From Patescibacteria group bacterium (GTDB lineage Bacteria; Patescibacteriota; Patescibacteriia; Magasanikbacterales; GWA2-37-8), in contig JBAZKA010000002.1 of the NCBI GenBank assembly GCA_041651015.1, positions 6,163 to 70,162 on the forward strand: DNA of 64,000 nucleotides. The letters run 5' to 3'. Position 1 is the stretch's first letter. Every line of letters begins with the position of its first letter. The notes beneath the pieces were generated by a model that did no database searches, was not told where the DNA came from, and saw only the letters and a list, made by a program, of their open reading frames with translations. A program made the position numbers and the translations under genes. Below, piece by piece: positions 18,573 to 28,970 of this stretch.

Positions 18573-19072
18573 CATTTCTTTATCCGTTTTTTCCACAAAC
18601 TTTGTCCGGCGCAGAGCGCGACCGCGAGCGCGTCAGCCGCGTCATCGGATTTAATTTTTTTCGGCAAGCGCAAAATTGTCGCCACCACTTTTTGCATCTG
18701 ACCCTTTTCGGCTCGGCCATAACCGGTGATGGCTTGTTTAATTTGTAAAGGAGTAAATTCGTCCACCGGAATATTATTTTTAACGGCCGAGAGAAGTATC
18801 ACTCCCCTCGCCTGCCCGACCTTAATCGCGGTAGTCACATTGCGGAAGAAAAATAAATCCTCCACCGCCATGCGTGTGGGTTTGTATTTTTTGATAATGC
18901 GCGCCAGCTCGGAATCAATCTCGGCCAGGCGTTTCACAAACTCGCCTTTTACCGGCGTCTCAATGCACCCGCAAGCGATCGGTCGCCAATCACATTTGGC
19001 GCTTTTTGCAATCACGCCCCAGCCCACCCGACCGAAGCCCGGGTCAATTCCGAGAATTATTTCATTATTCAT
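18572..19072 (-). CDS. ruvC: Holliday junction resolvase RuvC
   Basis: ILGIDPG, AVEDLFF, GQARGV and DDAADALAVA. Confidence 0.95.
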   Translation of the reverse strand: MNNEIILGIDPGFGRVGWGVIAKSAKCDWRPIACGCIETPVKGEFVKRLAEIDSELARIIKKYKPTRMAVEDLFFFRNVTTAIKVGQARGVILLSAVKNNIPVDEFTPLQIKQAITGYGRAEKGQMQKVVATILRLPKKIKSDDAADALAVALCAGQSLWKKRIKK

Positions 19073-19117
19073 AATCAAGATATGCCACGATTTTAAGTAT
19101 TAGCAAGCGGAGAAAAT

Positions 19118-19843
19118 TTATTCCGCGTTGGTATACCAATCTTCAATGTCATCATTGTCTTCAAACTCACCAAATAAATTTTCCAATTTATGACTCAATT
19201 CCGGACTGGCCGTAATTTTATCTTTGGCCTCCCAAATCAAACCGGAATCCTTCGGCTCAATCCCTAGTTCTTTTAATTTATCCAAAACTTTTTTTAAGTT
19301 CTCCACCTTTGATTTAATTTCAATCAAACCATCGTCGCCATTTTGAATATCCTCGGCACCCGCATCCATCATCATGAGTTCAAATTCATCTCTATTCGTC
19401 AGCTGTTCATTGCTTATTACGGCAAATCCATATTGATTAAACATCCACATGACCGAGCCGGCGTTGCCCAGCGTACCGCCGTTGTCGGACAAAATATGTT
19501 TTAATTCTTGGACGGTTCTGTTTTTATTTTCCGTGACGGTTTTGATAATCACAGCCGTGCCGGACGGGCCATAACCCTCATAAATAATTTCTTCCATTTT
19601 ATTGCCGTCACCGCCTTCGCCCGTGCCTTTTTTGATAGAGCGTTCAATGTTGTCTTTGGGCATGCCCGCGGCTTTGGCTTTATCAATCGCCAGACGCAAA
19701 GAAAAATTCATCATCGGATCACCGCCGCCCTTGCCGGCCGCGACCGCGATAATTTTCGCCAATTTCGTAAAAGCATTACTGCGCAAAGCGTCCTGTTTGC
19801 CTTTTCTCCCTTGTATGTTGTGCCATTTACTGTGTCCCGACAT
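19118..19843 (-). CDS. yebC: YebC/PmpR-family protein
   Basis: MSGHSKWHNI start and YEGYGP motif; start taken at 19843. Confidence 0.93.
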   Translation of the reverse strand: MSGHSKWHNIQGRKGKQDALRSNAFTKLAKIIAVAAGKGGGDPMMNFSLRLAIDKAKAAGMPKDNIERSIKKGTGEGGDGNKMEEIIYEGYGPSGTAVIIKTVTENKNRTVQELKHILSDNGGTLGNAGSVMWMFNQYGFAVISNEQLTNRDEFELMMMDAGAEDIQNGDDGLIEIKSKVENLKKVLDKLKELGIEPKDSGLIWEAKDKITASPELSHKLENLFGEFEDNDDIEDWYTNAE

Positions 19844-20030
19844 ATTTATTTTATTATATATTATGGATATTGCCCGCCCCGCATAGAACGAGCGCAGCGA
19901 GTTATTGTGCGGGGTGCCATTTACTGTGACCGGACATAATGATAAAAATGATGGAAATGATAAAACTGATGAAAATGATATGACGCGTATTGATTTCATC
20001 TTATACTATATTTGTAGGATTTTCAAGGCA

Positions 20031-20150
20031 AACAAAAAAACCTCCCGGGCTTCGTTTCACTACGCCCGGCAAGCTATGTTATCTTTCGAGCATTTTAAGA
20101 TAATCAAGCTTGCCCGGCATAACGTAGTGAAGCCGGGAGGTTTTTTGTTT
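20031..20150. repeat. ~120-bp nested inverted repeat / terminator downstream of rpoC
   Basis: AAACAAAAAAACCTCCCGGGCTTC ... GAAGCCGGGAGGTTTTTTGTTT with inner paired arms. Confidence 0.7.
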
Positions 20151-20160
20151 TATAATCTTT

Positions 20161-23100
20161 TTATCCTCGGAAACCGGTACCTGACGGAATCAAACGGCCG
20201 ATGATGACGTTTTCTTTCAAACCTTCCAAATAGTCAATCTTGCCGGTGATAGCCGTGTTGATAAGCACGCGAGCCGTCTCTTGGAACGAAGCGGCCGAGA
20301 GGAAACTCTGGGTAGAAAGTGAAACACGGGACACGCCGAGGAGTAATTCGCGGGCAGTCGCTTCTTTGACTCCGTCTTTGCGCGCCATGCGGTTGGAAAA
20401 TTCCAATTGGGCTTTTTCCACCACTTCGCCCGGGAGTAAATCCGTATCGCCGGCATCTTCCACATACACACGGCTGAACATCTGGCGGATGACGAGCTCC
20501 ATGTGCTTATCGTTCACTTTCTGGCCTTGCGAAGAATAAATGTTTTGCACTTCTTCCAGCACATAGCGTTGCACCGCGGCGCGTCCTTTGAGGTCAAAGA
20601 GTTCGTGCAAATTCACAGAACCATCAGTCAAACGAGAACCCTTTTCCACCATATCGCTATCCTTGACATACAACTTATAACCCAGCGGTATGATGTACTC
20701 GCGGACTTTCGGACCCGTGTAATTCAAAGTCATGGTATTCTTGCCGACTTTCACTTGGCTGGAATACTTGGCCTTGACTTCATCGCCGGATGAACCGCGC
20801 ACGAGCAAAATAGTTTCCGCTTCCACCATTTCACCGTCTTTAACCATCAGCTCGTCCTCGGCCGCAAATTTAATTTTGGTTTCATCCATTCCTTCAAAAT
20901 GGATTTTAATAATTTTTTGTCCACGGCGTCCTTCAAAAATTTTCTTGCCGGTCGGCGAAGTAATAATTTTACCATCCGCGTCTTCAATTTCAATCTTACC
21001 ATCCACATCGGCGAGGAAAGCCTGGTGTTTCGGATTACGGCATTCAAACAATTCTTCCACGCGAGGCAAACCTTGGGTGATATCCGAGCCGGCCACACCA
21101 CCGGTATGGAAAGTGCGGAGCGTGAGCTGGGTACCAGGTTCACCAATGGACTGAGCGGCGATGACGCCGACAGCCGTGCCCATTTCCGCCGGCTTGTTGT
21201 AAGACAAGTCAAAGCCATAACATTTCTGGCAGACGCCCTTGGGCAATTTACATTGCAACACCGAACGCACATGCACGGACTCAATCTTGGCTTCTTCAAT
21301 CGCGCGGGCGGCTTTCTCGTCAATAATTTCACCCTCTTTAACCAGAACTTTATTGCCCACCTTTACATCCGCCAGGGTATAACGCCCCCACACGCGGTCA
21401 GCTAATTTCTCGCCCATTTCTTGGGATTGAGCAGCGGTAAAGACTTCGCCGATGGTATCACCGCAATCATTATCCAAGACTACCACATCCTGCGAGACAT
21501 CCACGAGACGGCGAGTGAGATAGCCGGCGCCGGAAGTACGCAGAGCGGTATCAGACAAACCTTTGCGAGTACCATGCGAGGAGATAAAGTATTCCAAAGA
21601 GTTAAAACCTTCTTTGAAGTTGCCTTTGACCGGCAATTCCATAATATCTCCGGACGGAGAAGCAACCAAACCTTTCATACCGATTACCTGTCCGAGTTGA
21701 CCCCAAGTACCGCGGGCGCCCGAATCAATCATAGCGTAAACCGGACCGTTTTTATCCACGGCTTCTTGGTTGCCGGCCGCGACTTTGTCTTTGGTCTCGG
21801 TCCAGACTTCAATAATTTTTTGATGGCGCTCGGCTTGAGTGAGCAAACCTTCTTGATATTGCTCTTCCACCAAACGGATCAAGCCGTCTGCGTCTTTGAT
21901 AATCGCGTCCTTGGCGACAATCTTCGGGAAGTCGGCCATGCCGAGCGAATAGCCGGATTTAGTGGCATAACGGAAACCCAAATTTTTCAAATCATCCAAA
22001 AACTGGGCGGTCTTTTCCTGACCATAAAATTCCAAATGCAAAGAAATAATTTTGCTTAATTTCTTTTTACCGATGCCTTCATTGTAATATTGCATTTTGT
22101 CCGGCAGAACGGAATTGAAAATCATCCGGCCAATGGAAGTTTCCACGATCGTGCTTTGATCTTTCGGGAATTTGGTCATGTCCGTGAAACGTACTTTAAT
22201 TTTTTGGCCCAGAGTGATGACACGGCTCTTGTAAGCAAACATCGCGTCTTTTTCATTGGAGAAAGCTTTGACCGGTTTGTCTTCCACATCCATGCGAGTC
22301 AAATAGAAACAACCGAGGACGATGTCTTGAGACGGGGTAATGACCGGTTGGCCGGTAGCCGGTTTCAAAATATTTTTCTCGGCGGCCAACAAATTGTCCG
22401 CTTCCCAACGCGCTTCTTTGGATAATGGCAGGTGCACGGCCATCTGATCGCCGTCAAAGTCAGCGTTGAACGCGGTACAAACCAACGGATGCAATTGAAT
22501 GGCGTTGCCTTCAATCAAACGCGGGTGAAAAGCCTGGATACCGAGACGATGCAAGGTCGGAGCGCGGTTAAGCATGACGCGAGTAGTCTTGGTTAATTCT
22601 TCCAAGATATCCCAGACCTCATCGCGTTCGGATTCAATAAACCGTCCGGCACTGCGCACATTGTGCGCCAATTCGCGTTTGATAATCTCGGCCATGATAA
22701 ACGGTTTGAATAATTCCAAAGCCATGCGCTTGGGTAAACCGCATTCATCAATATTCAAATTCGGGCCGACCACGATTACCGAACGGCCGGAATAGTCCAC
22801 GCGTTTGCCGAGCAAGTTCTGGCGGAAACGTCCCTGCTTGCCTTTCAAAATATCGGCGAGCGAACGAAGCTGGCGTTTCTGGCCGGTAGAGGCGGTGACA
22901 GTCTTGGCATGGCGCGCGTTGTTGTCGATCAAAGCGTCAACCGCTTCTTGCAACATGCGTTTTTCATTTCGGCAAATTACTTCCGGCGCGTTGAGTTCAA
23001 TCAAACGCATCAAACGATTGTTGCGATTAATCACACGGCGGTACAAATCATTCAAATCAGAGGTGGCAAAACGTCCGCCATCCAAAGCGACCATCGGGCG

Positions 23101-24027
23101 TAAATCCGGCGGGATGACCGGCACGCATTTCATAATCATCCATTCCGGTCGGATTTTATTCATGAACAAACTTTTCAAAAGTTTGCGCCGGCGGATGATG
23201 CGTTCTAATTTCGCGCCTTTCGTGGTTTGTTGCTCTTCGGTCAAATGTTTTATCGTTTCTTCCAAATTCACCCGGCACAAAAGTTCGTGCACGCCTTCGG
23301 CGCCAATGGACGCCTCAAACAAATGTCCGTAGCGTAAAGATAATTCCTGATATTTATTTTCCGAAATAATGTGGAGCAGAGCGATCTCGCGTAATTCTTT
23401 ATCCGCGGCTTGGAAGTCTTCTTCCAAGGCTTTAATTTTGCGATTGGATTCGTCTTGAATTTTTTCCAAATCTTTGGCGCCAAGCTTCTTGTCATTGGCT
23501 TGTTTAATTTGTTGCGTCAATTCGTTTTCAATTTGTTTTTTCTTGCTCTTGAATTCCTGGCGCAAAAGTTCAAAGGTTTGCTTTTTACCGGCTTCGTCAA
23601 CTTTGGTGATAATAAATGAAGCAAAGTAAATAACTTTTTCCAGAGCTTGAGCCGACAAATCCAAAACCAAACCGACTTTGCTCGGCACCGAGCGTAAGAA
23701 CCAGATGTGCGCGACCGGCGTGGCCAATTCAATGTGGCCCATGCGTTCACGGCGGACCAATGAGGTGGTGACTTCCACTCCGCATTTGTCGCAGGTAATG
23801 CCTTTGTAGCGAATTTTCTTGTACTTTCCGCAGTAGCATTCCCAATCTTTGGTTGGACCAAAAATTTCTTCAGCAAACAAACCGCCCTTCTCGGGTTTTT
23901 GCGTGCGATAGTTGATCGTTTCCGGTTTTCGGACTTCTCCGAACGACCAGGCGCGAATGACTTCAGGCGATGCGATTTTGAGGCGGATGGCGTCAAAATC
24001 CAAAGTGTTTTGAGTGTCGCGATACAT
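20161..24027 (-). CDS. rpoC: RNA polymerase beta' subunit
   Basis: NADFDGD catalytic motif, GKRVDYSGRSVI and N-terminal Zn finger. Confidence 0.99.
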   Translation of the reverse strand: MYRDTQNTLDFDAIRLKIASPEVIRAWSFGEVRKPETINYRTQKPEKGGLFAEEIFGPTKDWECYCGKYKKIRYKGITCDKCGVEVTTSLVRRERMGHIELATPVAHIWFLRSVPSKVGLVLDLSAQALEKVIYFASFIITKVDEAGKKQTFELLRQEFKSKKKQIENELTQQIKQANDKKLGAKDLEKIQDESNRKIKALEEDFQAADKELREIALLHIISENKYQELSLRYGHLFEASIGAEGVHELLCRVNLEETIKHLTEEQQTTKGAKLERIIRRRKLLKSLFMNKIRPEWMIMKCVPVIPPDLRPMVALDGGRFATSDLNDLYRRVINRNNRLMRLIELNAPEVICRNEKRMLQEAVDALIDNNARHAKTVTASTGQKRQLRSLADILKGKQGRFRQNLLGKRVDYSGRSVIVVGPNLNIDECGLPKRMALELFKPFIMAEIIKRELAHNVRSAGRFIESERDEVWDILEELTKTTRVMLNRAPTLHRLGIQAFHPRLIEGNAIQLHPLVCTAFNADFDGDQMAVHLPLSKEARWEADNLLAAEKNILKPATGQPVITPSQDIVLGCFYLTRMDVEDKPVKAFSNEKDAMFAYKSRVITLGQKIKVRFTDMTKFPKDQSTIVETSIGRMIFNSVLPDKMQYYNEGIGKKKLSKIISLHLEFYGQEKTAQFLDDLKNLGFRYATKSGYSLGMADFPKIVAKDAIIKDADGLIRLVEEQYQEGLLTQAERHQKIIEVWTETKDKVAAGNQEAVDKNGPVYAMIDSGARGTWGQLGQVIGMKGLVASPSGDIMELPVKGNFKEGFNSLEYFISSHGTRKGLSDTALRTSGAGYLTRRLVDVSQDVVVLDNDCGDTIGEVFTAAQSQEMGEKLADRVWGRYTLADVKVGNKVLVKEGEIIDEKAARAIEEAKIESVHVRSVLQCKLPKGVCQKCYGFDLSYNKPAEMGTAVGVIAAQSIGEPGTQLTLRTFHTGGVAGSDITQGLPRVEELFECRNPKHQAFLADVDGKIEIEDADGKIITSPTGKKIFEGRRGQKIIKIHFEGMDETKIKFAAEDELMVKDGEMVEAETILLVRGSSGDEVKAKYSSQVKVGKNTMTLNYTGPKVREYIIPLGYKLYVKDSDMVEKGSRLTDGSVNLHELFDLKGRAAVQRYVLEEVQNIYSSQGQKVNDKHMELVIRQMFSRVYVEDAGDTDLLPGEVVEKAQLEFSNRMARKDGVKEATARELLLGVSRVSLSTQSFLSAASFQETARVLINTAITGKIDYLEGLKENVIIGRLIPSGTGFRG

Positions 24028-24054
24028 ATATTTGGTAGTCGTTAGAGAAGTGAA

Positions 24055-27000
24055 TTATTCAAAATCTTCTTTCTTGAGCATGGGAGGAGGCGGCAAATCG
24101 TCTTTTTTTGGATTCTCATCAACCGGTTCCAATTTTGCCACGTTATAATTACCCTGCTCATCGCGTTTCAGAAGTTCCACATCCAAAGCCAAGCCTTTCA
24201 ATTCTCTGACCAAGACATTAAATGATTCCGGCACATTCACTACTTTAATATCCTCGCCTTTGATAATGGCTTCATAGGCTTTAGAGCGTCCCGGCACATC
24301 ATCAGACTTGATGGTCAAAATTTCTTGCAGGATGTGAGCGGCGCCATAGGCCTCAATGGCCCAGACTTCCATTTCTCCGAAACGCTGACCACCGGATTGC
24401 GCGCGGCCGCCGAGCGGTTGCTGAGTAATGAGAGAATACGGACCAATGGAGCGTTGGTGAATCTTGTCTTCAACCATGTGGTTGAGTTTGAGCATGTAGT
24501 TGTAGCCGACCGTGACTTTGTGGTCAAACGGCTCGCCGGTGCGTCCATCAAAAAGATTTGATTGGCCGGTGACCGGAAAACCGGCACGGGTCAATTCATT
24601 TTTGATTTCTTCTTCGGTCACGCCATTGAAAGCCGGAGTCGCCACTTTATAATTTAATTCATTCGCGGCCAAACCCAAATGATTTTCCAAAATTTGGCCG
24701 AGGTTCATACGAGAGATAACGCCGAGCGGTGACAAAATAATATCTACCGGCGTGCCGTCCTCAAGGAAAGGCATGTCTTCCACCGGCACGACTTTGGAGA
24801 TAACACCTTTGTTGCCATGACGGCCGGACATTTTGTCGCCGACTTGAACTTTGCGCATATCAGCCACGCGAACGCGGACTTGCTTGATCACGCCCGGTTC
24901 CAATTTGTCGCCGTTCTCGGCCGAGAAAACCTGCACGTCAATCACTTTGCCGTGTTCGCCGTGTTCCAAATACAAAGATGAGTCGCGCACATCGCGAGCT
25001 TTTTCACCAAAGATGGCGCGCAATAATTTTTCTTCAGCGCTAAGTTCGGTCTCGCCCTTGGGCGTAATTTTACCCACCAAAATATCGCCGGATTTTACTT
25101 CGGCGCCAATGCGGACAATACCCTCGGCATCAAGATTTTTTAATTTTTCTTCAGACACGTTCGGTATATCCGAAGTGACGAGTTCGGGGCCGAGTTTGGT
25201 TTCGCGCACATCCACGGTGTAGTCTTCAATGTTGATGGAGGTATAGCGGTCGCGTTTCATGATTCTATCAGATACAATGACCGCGTCTTCATAGTTGAAA
25301 CCGTCCCAAATAAGGTAAGCGACCAATATATTCTGGCCAAGCGCCAATTCGCCGTCTTTGATACACGGACCATCAGACATAGCATCGCCCTTTTTCATTT
25401 TTTGTCCGATATTAACGGTCGGATGCTGATTGACGCAGGTGGCGGCATTGGAACGTAAGAATTTTTTCAAACTAAATTTGTGTTCCATGCCTTTTTTATC
25501 AGTCAAGACAATTTTACTGCCGTTGACTTCGGTGATTTCACCGTCAGCCGGGGCTTTGATGATATAGCCGGAATTGTCCGCGGCCGCTTTTTCCACACCG
25601 GTGCCGACCAGCGGAGGTTCTGGTTTGATACACGGCACGGCCTGGCGTTGCATGTTCGTACCCATGAGCGCGCGAGTGGCGTCGTCATGTTCCAAGAAAG
25701 GAATACAGGCAGTGGCCACGGAAATAATTTGCGTGGACGAGACATCCACAAAATCAATTGAAGCAGATTCAACCGTACCCGGTTTGCCGTAAATACGAGC
25801 CGCAACAATTTCATCCAAGAAGTAGCCTTTGTCGTCAACGCGGACCGTGGCCGGCGCCGTGACCATTTTTTCTTCGCGGAAAGAATTCAAATAAATAATC
25901 TCGCCGGTGAGACGCGGTTTAACCGAAATGGTTTTTAATTTTTTATCCGCCTCCAATTTTTTGGCTACGTCTTTGGTGATTTGCGTGCCATCTTTGAATC
26001 CGCCAACCGAGCCATTCAAAATTTCTCCTTCGGTGAGCGTGGCGTCGTTGTTAATCTCCTTCAAAACTTTTCGGTAAGGAGTTTCAATAAAACCAAATTC
26101 ATTGACGCGGGCAAAACTGGAAAGGTGGTTGACCAAACCAATGTTCGGACCTTCCGGCGTGGCAATCGGACAAATACGTCCGTAATGAGTATTATGGACA
26201 TCGCGCACTTCAAAGCCGGCACGATCGCGGGACAAACCGCCCGGACCGAGCGCGGACAAACGGCGCTTGTGTTCCAATTCAGAGAGCACGTTGATTTGAT
26301 CCATGAACTGCGAAAGCTGTGAGCTCATGAAAAATTCTTTGATGGCCGAGATGACCGGACGCGCGTTGATCAATTTGTTCGGCGTCAAATCATTCGGATC
26401 ATAAGTACTCATACGGTCTTTGACCACGCGTTCCATGCGGGCCAAACCAATGCGGAAACGATTTTGCACCAATTCCCCGACCGCGCGAATACGGCGGTTG
26501 CCGAGGTGATCAATATCATCCGGGTCTTCTTGGGTGGAATTCAAACGAATAACTTCTTTCACTACCAGCAATAATTTTTCCGCCGAAAAAACACGGTTAT
26601 CTTTTTTCTGATAATCCTCGGGTAAAAGTCCGAGGTCAAATTTTGTATCAAATTTATAAACGCCGACCGGAGATAAATCATAGCGGTCAAAATTGAAAAA
26701 CATGGCGTAAATCAAACTCTTGGCATTGTCGGCCGTGGCCAAATCACCCGGACGAATTTTTTTGTAAACTTCAATCAAACCTTCATCTGTGCTCTTGGCT
26801 AAATCCTTGGCAATAGTCGCTTCCACATAATCCACATGCGGATTCACATTCACGTCTTTCAAGGCTTCGCGCAATTTATCATCATCACCATAACCAAAAG
26901 CGCGGAGGAGCGAAGTCACCGCCACTTTGCGTTTGCGGTCAATCTTCACCCAGAGGACATTATTTTGATCAGTTTCAATTTCCAGCCAAGCACCGCGATT

Positions 27001-27492
27001 CGGAATAATCTTCGCGCCATAGTAACGACGGCCGCGAACATTTTCACCGGTAAAGAATACACCAGCCGAACGGATGAGCTGGGACACGACCACGCGCTCA
27101 ATACCATTCACGATAAATGTGCCTCGTTCAGTCATGACCGGCAAATCGCCCAAATAAATTTCTTGCGTTTTTGTCTGTCCGGTTTTTTTGTTGGACAATC
27201 TGGCGTTGACGCGGAGCGGGGCCTCGTAAGTCATGTTGCGGTCCCGGCAAACCATTTCGTCAAATTTCGGTTCGTCCAAATAATATTCTTCAAAAAATAA
27301 TTCCAAGTCGCGTTCGGAAAAATCCGTCATCGGCGATACTTCCTCAAAAAGTTCTTTAATGCCGAACTTTACAAAATTATCATAAGAATTTTTTTGCAAT
27401 TCTATCAAATCCGGAAACGCCATCGCATCTTTGATCGGGGTAAAGAAGCGGCGCGGTTCAGCGGTAATGCCACGGTATTTATATGAAGGCAT
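24055..27492 (-). CDS. rpoB: RNA polymerase beta subunit
   Basis: GDKMSGRHGNKG, GQRFGEME and SQLSQFMDQ. Confidence 0.99.
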   Translation of the reverse strand: MPSYKYRGITAEPRRFFTPIKDAMAFPDLIELQKNSYDNFVKFGIKELFEEVSPMTDFSERDLELFFEEYYLDEPKFDEMVCRDRNMTYEAPLRVNARLSNKKTGQTKTQEIYLGDLPVMTERGTFIVNGIERVVVSQLIRSAGVFFTGENVRGRRYYGAKIIPNRGAWLEIETDQNNVLWVKIDRKRKVAVTSLLRAFGYGDDDKLREALKDVNVNPHVDYVEATIAKDLAKSTDEGLIEVYKKIRPGDLATADNAKSLIYAMFFNFDRYDLSPVGVYKFDTKFDLGLLPEDYQKKDNRVFSAEKLLLVVKEVIRLNSTQEDPDDIDHLGNRRIRAVGELVQNRFRIGLARMERVVKDRMSTYDPNDLTPNKLINARPVISAIKEFFMSSQLSQFMDQINVLSELEHKRRLSALGPGGLSRDRAGFEVRDVHNTHYGRICPIATPEGPNIGLVNHLSSFARVNEFGFIETPYRKVLKEINNDATLTEGEILNGSVGGFKDGTQITKDVAKKLEADKKLKTISVKPRLTGEIIYLNSFREEKMVTAPATVRVDDKGYFLDEIVAARIYGKPGTVESASIDFVDVSSTQIISVATACIPFLEHDDATRALMGTNMQRQAVPCIKPEPPLVGTGVEKAAADNSGYIIKAPADGEITEVNGSKIVLTDKKGMEHKFSLKKFLRSNAATCVNQHPTVNIGQKMKKGDAMSDGPCIKDGELALGQNILVAYLIWDGFNYEDAVIVSDRIMKRDRYTSINIEDYTVDVRETKLGPELVTSDIPNVSEEKLKNLDAEGIVRIGAEVKSGDILVGKITPKGETELSAEEKLLRAIFGEKARDVRDSSLYLEHGEHGKVIDVQVFSAENGDKLEPGVIKQVRVRVADMRKVQVGDKMSGRHGNKGVISKVVPVEDMPFLEDGTPVDIILSPLGVISRMNLGQILENHLGLAANELNYKVATPAFNGVTEEEIKNELTRAGFPVTGQSNLFDGRTGEPFDHKVTVGYNYMLKLNHMVEDKIHQRSIGPYSLITQQPLGGRAQSGGQRFGEMEVWAIEAYGAAHILQEILTIKSDDVPGRSKAYEAIIKGEDIKVVNVPESFNVLVRELKGLALDVELLKRDEQGNYNVAKLEPVDENPKKDDLPPPPMLKKEDFE

Positions 27493-27738
27493 AAACTTTT
27501 TCTATAAATTATTTATTATTTATAAATTTAGTTGAAGAAAGTTTTGGAGGCGAACACAAAAAACTACCCTATTTGCGGGGTTTTTTGGAAAATCGTAAAA
27601 TTTAGTTTGATAGCAAGGTTGACATGAGTTTTGTTTTACCTTGCGCGGAGCTCAATTTTTAGGAAAAATTGGCCACGCTTAGCCAAAAATGGCTATGGTT
27701 GGATCGTGTTCGCACGACCCGAAGTTCAAAGTAGCTTG

Positions 27739-27767
27739 ATTTTACCTGAAATCAATGATTTTGTCAA
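27739..27767 (-). promoter_or_regulatory. probable rpoBC promoter
   Basis: Minus strand TTGACA-17 nt-TAAAAT. Confidence 0.65.
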
Positions 27768-27857
27768 CAGAAACGGCATTTGACCGGTTTGTCAAGTGTT
27801 TGCCAATTTTAGGCTAATCTTAGCCAAAAGATAATTATCCCGAAAAACTATATAATT

Positions 27858-27916
27858 GAGTTATCCACAGTTGGTGCACACAAACCCCTAATACATCTAT
27901 ATATAGGACAAAAAAA
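27858..27916 (+). repeat. ~59-bp direct repeat, left copy (contains DnaA box TTATCCACA)
   Basis: Matches 30033-30092 with 3 substitutions and 1 indel. Confidence 0.85.
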
Positions 27917-27992
27917 CTGACACACTCAAGTGCAGGCCGTTTGGATATCTAGAATCGCGTCGCGGGTATCACCCACGCACCAGAAACTGCAT

Positions 27993-28970
27993 TTATTTTA
28001 GTTCGCCCAAAAATTTATTAAACCCGGCAGTATTGATAAAAAAGTTTTGCTTATTGCGCCGTAAATTTTGTTCAATGTTATCCAGCTGGTTAAGTATTTT
28101 CCCTTTGTTCATGCTCTTCCTGTCGGCGAATAAATTAAAGTACAAGCCATCCAAAAATGACATGTAGTGTATTCTTGGATTCGTTTCACTGAAACTAATG
28201 AATGCAATCACCTCGTTGATTTGTTTATCTTGACCGCCACCGCCTTCTTTCATGTGTTTGTGCTCAATGATAAATATATCTTTTTTGTTTCGTATCAAGA
28301 AATCCGGCATTTTTTGTTCTTTCTTTGCACTCCAAGAAAATTTTATTTTATAACTACTCAACAGACCTTGAAATAGCTTTTTCCCTTTTTTATCCGCCTC
28401 AACATACTTCTTATCACCCCGCGAAACAAAGTCGGCCAACGACTCTCCGTTGCATTTTTTGTATCCCGCTTTATCAAGAATCTTTGATACCTTGTAAATC
28501 CCCAAGTTGCCGCTTTCCTTGTGCGCCTTGGCATCTTTTCCTACCTGTAGCGTCGTCGGAGAATATCCATAAGATGCGTAAATACCGTGCCTCAATTCAA
28601 TATATTTGCCCACTACATTTTTTATTATGTTTAACTTTTCTTTGTCGCTCATTTTGTTGTAGAGACTATAGGAAATATCAACTACCGGCCAAAATGAAAC
28701 AAACTCGGAATAATTAATATTTTTGCATTTAACAATTTGCAATATCTTTTCTATTGCTTGTTTTTCGGTCACCTTATTTTTATTTTTTCTTGCAAAATTA
28801 TAGGCAGATATGCTTTCCAATAACTCGGAATTTTTTCTCATTAGGTCCGTTGGGTTGCTGGCATCTTTGGAGATAATCAGATTCCCATGTTTCAAATATA
28901 ATTCATCAATAATCGGTTCGGGATTTCTCAATGAAAATTGAAAAAGTTTTATGTTATCAATTTTTTTCAT
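27993..28970 (-). CDS. putative type II restriction endonuclease
   Basis: PDFLI...IIEHK PD-(D/E)xK motif with GGGQDKQ; overlaps the MTase stop. Confidence 0.65.
   Translation of the reverse strand: MKKIDNIKLFQFSLRNPEPIIDELYLKHGNLIISKDASNPTDLMRKNSELLESISAYNFARKNKNKVTEKQAIEKILQIVKCKNINYSEFVSFWPVVDISYSLYNKMSDKEKLNIIKNVVGKYIELRHGIYASYGYSPTTLQVGKDAKAHKESGNLGIYKVSKILDKAGYKKCNGESLADFVSRGDKKYVEADKKGKKLFQGLLSSYKIKFSWSAKKEQKMPDFLIRNKKDIFIIEHKHMKEGGGGQDKQINEVIAFISFSETNPRIHYMSFLDGLYFNLFADRKSMNKGKILNQLDNIEQNLRRNKQNFFINTAGFNKFLGELK

Noticed and set aside
19844-19999. 52-aa extension of YebC or a leader peptide
   Set aside because: Family start MSGHSKW is at 19843; the upstream part is low-complexity with no supporting evidence
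20217-27300. Many alternative-frame ORFs over rpoB/rpoC (and other long genes)
   Set aside because: Shadow ORFs of conserved genes without motifs or RBS
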